Source: Escherichia phage 6949. From it: a stretch of DNA of 44,371 nt. A program made the translations under genes and the position numbers. A model generated the notes under the pieces. The model was not told where the DNA came from and searched no databases. It saw only the letters and a list, made by a program, of their open reading frames with translations. Where the stretch lies: sequence record OL362273.1; one strand, written 5' to 3'. Positions 16,685 through 24,849 of this stretch are shown piece after piece; position 1 is the stretch's first letter, and every line of letters begins with the position of its first letter.

Positions 16685-17368
16685 ATGTATAAATTAGTAT
16701 TGAATGTAGGTGATTATGTTCGTAACATCAATGTAACCTCACGTAGATATCGTTGCCGTGGTACTGTGACTAATGTAAGTGAAAACAGCTACTATGTAGA
16801 ATACAGTAATGGTATTAGACAGGCTTATCAAAAGGAATCAGCACATAACTACCTTGAGAAGATTGGAGAGGTAAGCAATCAATGTAAGTGCGTACACGAT
16901 GAGATTTGCGATAAGTGTGCCCGCCAGCTGCATAAAATGCTATTATACCCTCTTCGCTATGGTGCTGGTGTTCAAACATTAGCAGAGGCATATGGCAAAA
17001 GTAAGACCACACTCAAGAAAGAGCGCCGCAATGTAATCACTGGTAAGACTCAAAGTGAAATGATTAAACTATGTGGCACTGCATTAGGTGTTACGCAGTT
17101 TAATACTCGTTCATTGGGTAAATCCACAGGGCAAGCTATGGTGAAGATTGGCGAAGCCATGATGCATCCAAATGTACCTGTACGAATCATGGATGTTGAC
17201 CATGCAATCACAGAACACGGTACGCAACGACGTGTAATTAATAAGCATTTTGCCGACACTATAGAAGGTATTATTCGTAAGCAAGAGTTGAAGGGTCTTC
17301 ACATCTTAAATGGTGAAGAATTACTGTACCTACCTATCGTTACTGAAGAAACATACGTGAATATCTAA
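16685..17368 (+). CDS. Hypothetical protein with Cys cluster and a possible helix-turn-helix segment
   Basis: RBS GGAG precedes ATG 16685; the track start at 16679 is a TTG. The protein has a CKCVHDEICDKC cluster and the segment YGAGVQTLAEAYGKSKTTL. Confidence 0.6.
   Translation: MYKLVLNVGDYVRNINVTSRRYRCRGTVTNVSENSYYVEYSNGIRQAYQKESAHNYLEKIGEVSNQCKCVHDEICDKCARQLHKMLLYPLRYGAGVQTLAEAYGKSKTTLKKERRNVITGKTQSEMIKLCGTALGVTQFNTRSLGKSTGQAMVKIGEAMMHPNVPVRIMDVDHAITEHGTQRRVINKHFADTIEGIIRKQELKGLHILNGEELLYLPIVTEETYVNI
17247..17269 (+). promoter_or_regulatory. Candidate internal SP6-type promoter (degenerate upstream half)
   Basis: ATTTTGCCGACACTATA followed by GAAGGT. The core from -12 to +5 is intact, and there are three mismatches upstream. 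Confidence 0.4.
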
Positions 17369-17378
17369 GGAGTTAATC

Positions 17379-17537
17379 ATGACTAAGGTATTAATTTATA
17401 TGCGTGGACCTCATAAATGCTATGCAGTTGTAGCACCAAATGGCGTTAAACCTTATCGTACTTCAAAAAGATTGGCATTAATAGGTGCTAGTAGTAGTGC
17501 AAGTTTCCAAATGGAACTTTTTTGGTCATTGGACTGA
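17379..17537 (+). CDS. Small hypothetical protein (52 aa)
   Basis: RBS AAGGAG precedes ATG 17379. The ORF is below the track cutoff. Confidence 0.45.
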   Translation: MTKVLIYMRGPHKCYAVVAPNGVKPYRTSKRLALIGASSSASFQMELFWSLD

Positions 17538-17587
17538 AAGGCAATTCCGTGAGGATTTTAAAGTCATTGGCAGTTTCATGGTGAAAT

Positions 17588-17764
17588 ATGCAGAATAAAC
17601 ATAGTCTTAGAATGTTCGATGGTCATGAAGACCTGCAAGCCAAGATTACTAACCAAGCCTTCCTGTTCGCACAGTTAACTATGGCTGAGGCCAAGAAGAA
17701 TAGTCTCACTCGTGAACAGGTTATCAAGGAAAGTGAAGTGAAACGTAAGATTCGCAGTCGATAA
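17588..17764 (+). CDS. Small hypothetical protein (58 aa)
   Basis: An ATG-start ORF with a weak RBS, ending just before a palindrome copy. It is below the track cutoff. Confidence 0.4.
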   Translation: MQNKHSLRMFDGHEDLQAKITNQAFLFAQLTMAEAKKNSLTREQVIKESEVKRKIRSR

Positions 17765-17773
17765 GTCAAGGGT

Positions 17774-17791
17774 TGTCTCACGTGTGAGACA
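17774..17791. repeat. Palindrome family copy (TGTCTCAC-GT-GTGAGACA)
   Basis: Two 8 bp inverted arms separated by 2 bp, followed by GCCTTTAT. Confidence 0.55.
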
Positions 17792-17820
17792 GCCTTTATC
17801 ATGTTGATTGGAGGTGCATT

Positions 17821-17928
17821 ATGCCACGTGATTATGATTCTGATTGGGACTACTATGACTCAATGAATCCAAAACCAGAACGTTCAGATGATTACTACGA
17901 AACAGAGGCAATGTATGAAAACTATTAA
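17821..17928 (+). CDS. Small acidic Tyr/Asp-rich peptide (35 aa)
   Basis: RBS GGAGGTG lies 4 nt upstream of ATG 17821. The ORF is below the track cutoff. Confidence 0.4.
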   Translation: MPRDYDSDWDYYDSMNPKPERSDDYYETEAMYENY

Positions 17929-18133
17929 AGTCAGTAAGGTTTGCTCTTGCGGTAAAGGTTATCGCAGTCGTATTGATGGTAAGTGTGGACATTGTAGGTC
18001 TAAGAAAGAGGCTGCTTTGTTTGACAAGTACCACAATGAATTAGCCTATAACTACCCACATCTAACACCTAATTCTTTATTAGGGCTTGGTTATAGAGCT
18101 AAATACTTTGGAGCAATCTATGAAATCAATTGA
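17915..18133 (+). CDS. Small Cys-rich (zinc-ribbon-like) protein
   Basis: ATG 17915 follows RBS GAGG and is in frame within track ORF 17888-18133. The protein has a CSCG...CGHC motif. Confidence 0.5.
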   Translation: MKTIKVSKVCSCGKGYRSRIDGKCGHCRSKKEAALFDKYHNELAYNYPHLTPNSLLGLGYRAKYFGAIYEIN

Positions 18134-20666
18134 TTGGAAGAAGGAGGCAGAAGGTCGTATCCTCGTGATGGATGCGGAAGCTAAAGGACTCCTTGACGCT
18201 ATCCGATATGGACACCGTGAAGATGTGCATATCATTTGCTGCATGGATTTGCTTACTACCGAGGAGTTTCTCTTCTTTGACCCGTATGAGATGCGCGACC
18301 CTGAGGCAAGGGAACGCCTGAAGGAGTGGGAAGGCCACCAAGACGGAACCTTGATTGATGGTGTTAACTTCCTGAAGCATTGTGAAGCTATTGTGTCACA
18401 GAACTTCCTAGGGTATGACGGACTTCTCTTTGAGAAAGCATTCCCTGATATTTGGAAAGGCTTTAACTATACCGAGAAGCGCGGTAAGGGCAGACTCCGT
18501 GCTGACCTGTGTCCGGTGCGAGTCATGGATACGCTGGTGATGAGTCGCCTGTTAAACCCCGATAGACGCCTTCCTCCGCAAGCATATGCCAAAGGTATGG
18601 GTAACGTCGCCCCTCACTCAATTGAGGCGCACGGCATCCGTATAGGTCGCTATAAACCGGAGAACGAGGACTGGTCTAAACTAACTGACCACATGGTTCA
18701 CCGTGTACGTGAGGACGTGGCGATTGGTCGTGACTTGTTCCTCTGGCTCTTTAACGGGGAATGGATGGAGCACAAACGCCGTGGCGTGAATAAACGCACG
18801 GGCCTAGGCATTGAGACAGCCTTCCACATGGAGTCCATTGTGGCGCTGGAGATGAGCCGTCAGGCCGAGCGTGGGTTCCGTCTGGACATCGACAAGGCTT
18901 TGGCCCGATGCGAAGAATTGGACGCTAAGATTGATGAGACAGTCGCAGCGTTCCGCCCTCACATGCCTATGCGTATCAAGTCTAAACCTTTTAAACCGGA
19001 AGAAAAGAATGAAGTATGCCAACGCGCAAATGAGTATGGAGCTAGCAACAATATACCTACTGTCCTTGACCCCTCACACTTTCTTCATGCCGAGAGACGA
19101 GGAGATCGCAAGACAGTATGGAGTGTCACTACTAAGTCTGGTGATTGGTCGGCTAGTGTCAAGAAAGACTTTCCTCACCTTAGAGGAAACCGTAATGACA
19201 CGCCAAGCATCAAGTGGATTGGCGCTTACTCGCCTGTTACTTTCGAAGAGATTCCCTTGGGTAACAGGGATACAGTTAAGCAAGTGCTCTATGATTATGG
19301 ATGGAAAGGTGTTGAATTTAACGATACCGAGCAAGCGCATCTCGATGAGCACGGAGTGTTACCCAAACCTTGGAGTGGTAAGATAAATGAAAAGTCCCTT
19401 ACTTTATGGCAAGAAAGAGCCGCACGTGAAGGTAAAACAGTCCCTGATTGGTGCTTGGGTATCGCTGCATGGTACATACTCGTATCCCGTCGTGGTCAGA
19501 TACTCAACCGTGGTGACGTTGAAGCCTTCAACGAGAAGGGAACGTGGCCCTCGCAGGCTGGTGTACGAAAGTGTCGCGGCCTTGTACCTGTAGCATTCAA
19601 CAAGGAGCTAGGAATCAATGCGCAGCAATACTACGAGAGGTACGGATGTTGGCCTACGTCTGACAAAGATGACGGAGAGTGGCGTGTTCCAGCTGTTGCT
19701 ATTAGCATTGGCACTTCTACGTTCCGTATGCGTCATCGTAACGTGGTCAATATTCCTGCCCGTGGCTTGTATCCTTTACGTGATTTATTCATAGCAGGGA
19801 AAGGCAAGCTAATCCTTGGTTGTGACGGTGCAGGTCTTGAACTGCGTGTCCTGTCTCACTTCATGAATGACCCTGAGTACCAAGAGATTGTACTGCACGG
19901 TGATATTCATACGCATAACCAGATGAAGGCTGGTCTTCCTAAGCGTGATATGGCGAAGACGTTTATATACGCCTTCCTCTATGGCTCTGGTATAGCCAAC
20001 CTTGCAGCAGTATGTGGTGTTACTGAGGAAGAAATGAAGGAAGTTGTGGCAAGATTCGAGATTGAACTGCCGTCTCTTGCACGTCTTCGTGAGAATGTTA
20101 TCGCACAAGGTAACAAGTTTGGCTACCTGCAAGCACCTGATGGGCATTGGGGTCGCATCCGCATGTCTGGTGGTGAACTTAAAGAGCACACGATGCTTAA
20201 CGTATTACTCCAGATGACTGGCTCTTTGTGTATGAAATATGCATTAGTCAAGGCATTTGCAGTAATGCGCAAGGAAGGTGTAGCTTTGGATGCTATGGGA
20301 AATCCTTGTGGTGTGGCTAACGTGCATGATGAAATCCAGATGGAAGTTCCTGAAGAGGAGGTCTTGTATCTTAACTACGACCTACCTTTCACCTTAGATG
20401 GGTTCGAAACAGAGAAGGCTGCTGTGAAAGCAGTTTTCGATGCAGAGGAGAAACGTGTTCATGTGGATTCTGAAGGACGTATGTGGTCTGCTGCAAACCT
20501 CGTTAGCGTTGATGCTGATGCTGGTGTGTTGCATTGCCAGCGCCGTTATCACCGTGCAGGTCATATCATTGCCGACGCCATGACTTGGGCAGGGCAGTAT
20601 CTGAAGATGCGTTGCCCGATGGCAGGAGAATATAAGATTGGCGCAAGCTGGAAGGAAACACACTGA
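18120..20666 (+). CDS. DNA polymerase, family A (T7 gp5-like) with 3'-5' exonuclease domain
   Basis: The N-terminus has the Exo I motif (VMDAEAKG). The polymerase motifs are GCDGAGLELRVLSHF, KTFIYAFLYGSG and VHDEIQ. ATG 18120 follows RBS GGAG; the track start at 18087 is a TTG. Confidence 0.93.
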   Translation: MKSIDWKKEAEGRILVMDAEAKGLLDAIRYGHREDVHIICCMDLLTTEEFLFFDPYEMRDPEARERLKEWEGHQDGTLIDGVNFLKHCEAIVSQNFLGYDGLLFEKAFPDIWKGFNYTEKRGKGRLRADLCPVRVMDTLVMSRLLNPDRRLPPQAYAKGMGNVAPHSIEAHGIRIGRYKPENEDWSKLTDHMVHRVREDVAIGRDLFLWLFNGEWMEHKRRGVNKRTGLGIETAFHMESIVALEMSRQAERGFRLDIDKALARCEELDAKIDETVAAFRPHMPMRIKSKPFKPEEKNEVCQRANEYGASNNIPTVLDPSHFLHAERRGDRKTVWSVTTKSGDWSASVKKDFPHLRGNRNDTPSIKWIGAYSPVTFEEIPLGNRDTVKQVLYDYGWKGVEFNDTEQAHLDEHGVLPKPWSGKINEKSLTLWQERAAREGKTVPDWCLGIAAWYILVSRRGQILNRGDVEAFNEKGTWPSQAGVRKCRGLVPVAFNKELGINAQQYYERYGCWPTSDKDDGEWRVPAVAISIGTSTFRMRHRNVVNIPARGLYPLRDLFIAGKGKLILGCDGAGLELRVLSHFMNDPEYQEIVLHGDIHTHNQMKAGLPKRDMAKTFIYAFLYGSGIANLAAVCGVTEEEMKEVVARFEIELPSLARLRENVIAQGNKFGYLQAPDGHWGRIRMSGGELKEHTMLNVLLQMTGSLCMKYALVKAFAVMRKEGVALDAMGNPCGVANVHDEIQMEVPEEEVLYLNYDLPFTLDGFETEKAAVKAVFDAEEKRVHVDSEGRMWSAANLVSVDADAGVLHCQRRYHRAGHIIADAMTWAGQYLKMRCPMAGEYKIGASWKETH

Positions 20667-20782
20667 TGGATAGGCTTGACATTATTTGCCTATTCTTCAC
20701 TCTCTTTCTTACACTCCTTATGCTTGCTTGTTATGGGAGTATGAGACTAGATATACCTGATGAAGAAGAGGGTTACGACTAA
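20666..20782 (+). CDS. Tiny hydrophobic peptide (38 aa)
   Basis: The ATG overlaps the polymerase stop (TGATG). The peptide has one transmembrane-like helix and ends ..GYD. It is below the track cutoff. Confidence 0.35.
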   Translation: MDRLDIICLFFTLFLTLLMLACYGSMRLDIPDEEEGYD

Positions 20783-20880
20783 TGCAAACTGCTTTTATTA
20801 TTCTTGGTATCATATTATTTATGGTAGTATTCTGGGCTTTCTCTGGCATTGACCCAGATTGTGATGGTAACTACGACTGA
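20782..20880 (+). CDS. Tiny hydrophobic peptide (32 aa)
   Basis: The ATG is coupled to the upstream stop through TAATG. The peptide has one transmembrane-like helix and ends ..NYD. It is below the track cutoff. Confidence 0.35.
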   Translation: MQTAFIILGIILFMVVFWAFSGIDPDCDGNYD

Positions 20881-20939
20881 GTTATACTCAAGGTCACTTA
20901 CGAGTGGCCTTTATGAATAACTTAACTGGAGGAAATATA

Positions 20940-21497
20940 ATGAATGAACTGAACACTAAGATGCTCAAGAAAGTTTATAATCTTGTATATAGTATCACGG
21001 GCCTACAATTCTACCCTGTAGGCGGTGCGGTTCGTGACACCCTGTACGGATTAACACCTAAAGACTATGATATGGTGTTGCCTGTAGGGTCTATGGCAGA
21101 TTCTCAGGCGCACGAAATCATGGAAAATATCTCTGAAGAGATGGCAATTATGGGATTTAGTACCAAACTCTACCAATCATACGGTATCAATTTAGGTTAT
21201 GAAATCAACCCTACCTCTTTTCAGGCTATGTTCCTTAGCTGCATGAAAGTGCAGATGCGTAATTGCCAACTTGATTTGCTTCTTTCTAAGGCTGAAACCA
21301 TCCAAGATCATGTACGTAAGCACGATTGCAATATGAATATGGTGTGGTTCGATGGTAAAGATATCAAGTGGGAGCACGGCGGTGTTACTCCTTTCGTTCC
21401 TGTGTTAGAGTTCAACCCTGACGGATGTGATCGTCGCATTGCTTACATGGACAAGAAGCGCCATGAACTTATCCGTCACAAATTAATGCATCTTTGA
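20940..21497 (+). CDS. Minimal nucleotidyltransferase, CCA-adding enzyme / poly(A) polymerase head-domain-like
   Basis: RBS GGAGGA lies 6 nt upstream of ATG 20940. The motif FYPVGGAVRDTLYGLTPKDYDMVL matches the class II tRNA nucleotidyltransferase signature GGxVRD...D.D. At 185 aa it has no room for the usual body and tail domains. Confidence 0.65.
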   Translation: MNELNTKMLKKVYNLVYSITGLQFYPVGGAVRDTLYGLTPKDYDMVLPVGSMADSQAHEIMENISEEMAIMGFSTKLYQSYGINLGYEINPTSFQAMFLSCMKVQMRNCQLDLLLSKAETIQDHVRKHDCNMNMVWFDGKDIKWEHGGVTPFVPVLEFNPDGCDRRIAYMDKKRHELIRHKLMHL

Positions 21498-21519
21498 TTT
21501 ACCGGACACTATAGAAGGA
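21497..21519 (+). promoter_or_regulatory. SP6-type phage promoter
   Basis: ATTTACCGGACACTATA followed by GAAGGA; the predicted +1 G is at 21514. Confidence 0.8.
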
Positions 21520-21583
21520 AGTCCTAGGTAATCTAGGTTTATAAGGTAGTATAGGTAATTAAGTAAATATAGGAGATATAAAC

Positions 21584-21961
21584 ATGTCTATGGTAACTAC
21601 TCTGGTATTTGTAGCTCAATACTTTCGTGGTCTGGCTAATAAGTTCAAGTCCAAGGCTATCAAAGCTATTGAGTCTCGCATCGAGGCAGTACAGGCAGAG
21701 CAAGTTAAAGTTGAAGAGCATCGTAGTTCTCAAATGATTGACTGCCATAACCGCTACTATGCATCTCGTGATGACCTTAATGCACGCCAAGTCAAAGAGG
21801 TTGAAGAGATGCTGGCACGTCACCAGCAAGAGCGCGACAGCCTGAAAGCTGAATTTGAAGAGAACAAGGCATCCATCGCCCTTGTACATCAAGCCGCATC
21901 TGACAACCTGAAGAAGGAGATTGTTATGCTGGAAATTGAGTTAGACAACCTGACCAAATAA
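21584..21961 (+). CDS. Hypothetical protein with N-terminal hydrophobic segment and coiled-coil region
   Basis: RBS AGGAG precedes the ATG. The protein has hydrophobic MSMVTTLVFVAQYF followed by a heptad-like charged helix. Confidence 0.6.
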   Translation: MSMVTTLVFVAQYFRGLANKFKSKAIKAIESRIEAVQAEQVKVEEHRSSQMIDCHNRYYASRDDLNARQVKEVEEMLARHQQERDSLKAEFEENKASIALVHQAASDNLKKEIVMLEIELDNLTK

Positions 21962-21982
21962 TTACTGGACACTATAGAACAA
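21960..21982 (+). promoter_or_regulatory. SP6-type phage promoter
   Basis: AATTACTGGACACTATA followed by GAACAA; the predicted +1 G is at 21977. Confidence 0.8.
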
Positions 21983-22038
21983 TAGGTCGGCTTAGTTCGG
22001 CCTATGATTGTGTAGTGTAACAACAGGAGACTAAATAA

Positions 22039-22845
22039 ATGGCACGTGGTGATTTTGATTTTGGTGCTCAGGTTACTAAAGCTGAAGGTAAGGTTTTTAA
22101 GAACCCTGAAGTTGGCGATCATGAAGCAGTAATCTCTGGCATCATTCATGTGGGTTCCTTCCAAGATATCTTTAAGAAAGGTAATACCACTGAAGCTAAG
22201 AAGCCAGCAAACTTTGTTCTTGTTAAGATTGTACTGATGGGTGACGATGACAAGAACGAAGATGATTCTCGCATGGAACAGTGGATGGCTGTGCCTCTGA
22301 AGTCTGGTGACAAGGCAACCTTGACTAAGTTCCTGAATGCAGTTGACCCTAAAGAGCTGCTTGGTGGTTTCGATGACTTCATCGGTGAATGCCTGACTGC
22401 AACTATGGTTGGCTCTGGCGACAAGAAGGATGATGGTACTTTCAAGTATGTTAACTGGAAAGGCTTTGGCGGTATGCCTGATAAGTTGAAGAAGCTTGTA
22501 CTGGCTCAGGTAGAAGAGGAAGGTCTGTCTATGACAGGTCATATCACCTTCGACAAGCTGACCAAAGAAATCCTTGATGACATTCCTGCTAACTTGGTGC
22601 GTCAATACTTCCTTAATGAAACACCTCGTGGTAAGAACCTGTCTGTTGCTGGTTCTCACGTAGAAGCAATCATTAAAGCTGCTCGTGAAGAAGACCCAGA
22701 GTGGAAGAAAGCCAAGAAGAAAGATGACGAGGATGCTACTCCAGCTAATCGTAAATCTCTGGATACTGGAGAGTCTGTTCCACAGGAAGTACCTGAAGCA
22801 GAAGATACTCCTGCACCGGAGATGGATGAGGACGCGGAATATTAA
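22039..22845 (+). CDS. Putative single-stranded DNA-binding protein (T7 gp2.5-like)
   Basis: A 268 aa protein with a strongly acidic C-terminal tail ending in an aromatic residue (..EMDEDAEY), which is the gp2.5 hallmark. It sits in the replication module. The assignment is by architecture only. Confidence 0.5.
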   Translation: MARGDFDFGAQVTKAEGKVFKNPEVGDHEAVISGIIHVGSFQDIFKKGNTTEAKKPANFVLVKIVLMGDDDKNEDDSRMEQWMAVPLKSGDKATLTKFLNAVDPKELLGGFDDFIGECLTATMVGSGDKKDDGTFKYVNWKGFGGMPDKLKKLVLAQVEEEGLSMTGHITFDKLTKEILDDIPANLVRQYFLNETPRGKNLSVAGSHVEAIIKAAREEDPEWKKAKKKDDEDATPANRKSLDTGESVPQEVPEAEDTPAPEMDEDAEY

Positions 22846-22854
22846 GGAGAAAGG

Positions 22855-23073
22855 ATGAAAGTACAAATCGTAACCCTGCACTGCAAGAAAGGTATCACAA
22901 CGCTAGTAGGTGGCACTTTTCACTCCTTCTCTGAAGGGGACACATATGCTGACCTGCACTACATCTGGCGCGACGGACAGCACGTGGTGAACTACAGCGA
23001 CCCAGCTACGGGGAAACGCCACGGCGTATCGCTTCCGGCGCATGACATTGCTCAGGTGAACACAGTTTTATAA
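22855..23073 (+). CDS. Hypothetical protein (72 aa)
   Basis: RBS AAGGAG precedes the ATG. No motif was recognised. Confidence 0.5.
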   Translation: MKVQIVTLHCKKGITTLVGGTFHSFSEGDTYADLHYIWRDGQHVVNYSDPATGKRHGVSLPAHDIAQVNTVL

Positions 23074-23074
23074 A

Positions 23075-23090
23075 GTCTCACGTGTGAGAC
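23075..23090. repeat. Palindrome family copy (GTCTCAC-GT-GTGAGAC)
   Basis: Two 7 bp inverted arms separated by 2 bp, lying between the stop at 23073 and the promoter at 23106. Confidence 0.5.
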
Positions 23091-23105
23091 AAATCGGTGT
23101 CCGGT

Positions 23106-23128
23106 ATTTACTGGACACTATAGAAGAG
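23106..23128 (+). promoter_or_regulatory. SP6-type phage promoter
   Basis: ATTTACTGGACACTATA followed by GAAGAG; the predicted +1 G is at 23123. Confidence 0.85.
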
Positions 23129-23178
23129 AAGAATTTTAATCGGCGATAATGCCATAACCAACAAAAGGAGAATTTAAT

Positions 23179-23553
23179 ATGTTCAAGATTGAAACTATCG
23201 TAAACCGTGTTGTTAAAGGTGCTGCTCTGGTATCCGTTGAGTCTTTCATTATCGTCGATGAAGCTGATCAACTGGTAGCTGGTACTAAGGCTTATGATAC
23301 TCGTGAAGAAGCTCAGGCTAAGATTGACAGCATGGGTAACTTCGCTGCGGGTCTGGAGTTCGCTCGTGCTTGCTTCCCTGAGCAGGCTGACAAAGCTCAG
23401 ATTGGTAAGGCTAATATCGTAGCTGAATATCTGGATTGGATTGCTGCTGGTAAGCCGGTGAAAGAAGTTAAAGCTGCGGAAGAAGTTGAAGCTCCGGCAG
23501 TAGAAGAAGTAGCTGCACCGGAAGTTCCGGTAAGCGAAGAAGAAGAGTTTTAA
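23179..23553 (+). CDS. Acidic hypothetical protein (124 aa) in a stand-alone promoter-gene-terminator unit
   Basis: RBS AAGGAG precedes the ATG. The C-terminal tail is acidic and ends SEEEEF. A terminator follows directly. Confidence 0.6.
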   Translation: MFKIETIVNRVVKGAALVSVESFIIVDEADQLVAGTKAYDTREEAQAKIDSMGNFAAGLEFARACFPEQADKAQIGKANIVAEYLDWIAAGKPVKEVKAAEEVEAPAVEEVAAPEVPVSEEEEF

Positions 23554-23559
23554 TTGATG

Positions 23560-23592
23560 CCCTGTCTGCCTTAGTGTAGGCAGGGTCTTTTG
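23560..23592 (+). terminator. Intrinsic terminator
   Basis: The stem CCCUGUCUG / UAGGCAGGG (two G-U pairs) encloses an 8 nt loop and is followed by TCTTTTG. It is a homolog of the terminator after the capsid gene. Confidence 0.55.
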
Positions 23593-23617
23593 CGTAATAG
23601 TTATTGGAGAATGAATT

Positions 23618-23908
23618 ATGCCGACTATTGAAGAACGTTTCCTGATTCACGTGAGCTTCTCATCCATACATCTTGGTTATCTTATCACTATTCTCTTAGG
23701 TGAAGAGATTTATCTGCATAACCACTTAATACCAGAGTATGTATGTCACCGAGATAAGATACACCCTGCTAATTGGGCGAAAGAGTGGCTGCGTGAACAT
23801 GTGCTGAAGGAGTGGCCTACATGCGACCAAACTTCGACTTCGGAGCTACAGTATCGGAAGACAATAACCTGTTGCTGTGGCCGACTGAAGGTAATCGAAT
23901 CGCTTTAA
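23618..23908 (+). CDS. Hypothetical ORF overlapping the exonuclease start (uncertain)
   Basis: RBS GGAG precedes ATG 23618. Its 3' end overlaps the exonuclease gene by about 88 nt in another frame, so it may be shorter than drawn or not expressed. Confidence 0.3.
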   Translation: MPTIEERFLIHVSFSSIHLGYLITILLGEEIYLHNHLIPEYVCHRDKIHPANWAKEWLREHVLKEWPTCDQTSTSELQYRKTITCCCGRLKVIESL

Positions 23909-24849
23909 TAGATGCTGATATGTTACCTTACATCGTCGGGTATACAATCAGTGACATGACTTATGTACGAGCCACAACTCGTGTTAAGTCAGGACAAGTC
24001 CTATCAATCAAAGATACCCCTGAGTGTAAGCAAGCGTGTGACCGTGTGAACTCCTTGCTTAACTCTTGGGTGTATGCAGCAGAGTGTGATGCTGCTAAGT
24101 TATTCATGACGAAATCAGAAGCTAACTTCCGAGTTCGCCTAGCCTTCACCAAACCTTATAAGGGTCAACGTAAGACCGAGAAGCCTCCGTTCTTCTATGA
24201 ATTGCGAGAGCATCTCTTAGAGGTTCATGGTGCAATATTGGCAGATGGAGAAGAGGCTGATGACCTCATGAGCATTGCACAATGGGACAGCCACCGCCGC
24301 TTCCAGCAAGATACAGGTAACGAGTTCCCTATCGGTAGTCCAGAGCATAAAGCATTCTCTGATACTTGCATCGTTTCCTTAGATAAGGATTTGATGATTG
24401 TTCCCGGTTGGCATCTTCAGCCGGGTCAAGAGAAGAAATGGGTAGAGCCTATGGGTTGGCTTGAGTTACGCCGTAAGGCTAATGGTCAGGTTAAAGACCT
24501 TAAAGGTGCTGGCCTCATGTTTCATTATGCACAGATGATTATCGGTGATGATATTGATAACTATGCTGGCATACCTGGACGTGGTGCTAAATACGCCTAT
24601 GATCTTCTCAAAGATTGTAAGACAGAGAAAGAGTTGTACATGGCAGTGCTTGGTGCTTACAAGGCTAAGTTCGGACATGGGCAAGTTAAGATTAAGAATT
24701 ACCGAGGTGGTTATCGTATCGGCAAGGCTTTTGACCTGATGCTCGAATGTGGTCGCCTAGCTCACATGGCAAGATTCAAAGGTGATATATGGCGAGCCGA
24801 TAAGAACCCAATCTTGTGGGGAGATGATGCGGAATGGTTAGCAAATTAA
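23821..24849 (+). CDS. 5'-3' exonuclease (T7 gp6-like, FEN family)
   Basis: The N-terminal acidic cluster IALIDADMLPY, plus EEADD, IVSLDKDL and GIPG motifs, are as in T7 gp6. ATG 23821 follows RBS AAGGAG; the track start is a GTG. Confidence 0.85.
   Translation: MRPNFDFGATVSEDNNLLLWPTEGNRIALIDADMLPYIVGYTISDMTYVRATTRVKSGQVLSIKDTPECKQACDRVNSLLNSWVYAAECDAAKLFMTKSEANFRVRLAFTKPYKGQRKTEKPPFFYELREHLLEVHGAILADGEEADDLMSIAQWDSHRRFQQDTGNEFPIGSPEHKAFSDTCIVSLDKDLMIVPGWHLQPGQEKKWVEPMGWLELRRKANGQVKDLKGAGLMFHYAQMIIGDDIDNYAGIPGRGAKYAYDLLKDCKTEKELYMAVLGAYKAKFGHGQVKIKNYRGGYRIGKAFDLMLECGRLAHMARFKGDIWRADKNPILWGDDAEWLAN

Noticed and set aside
21889-22881. 330 aa ORF on the minus strand
   Set aside because: It is antisense to the SSB-like gene and the coiled-coil gene. 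The translation is low-complexity with no start context, and every supported gene in this genome is on the + strand.
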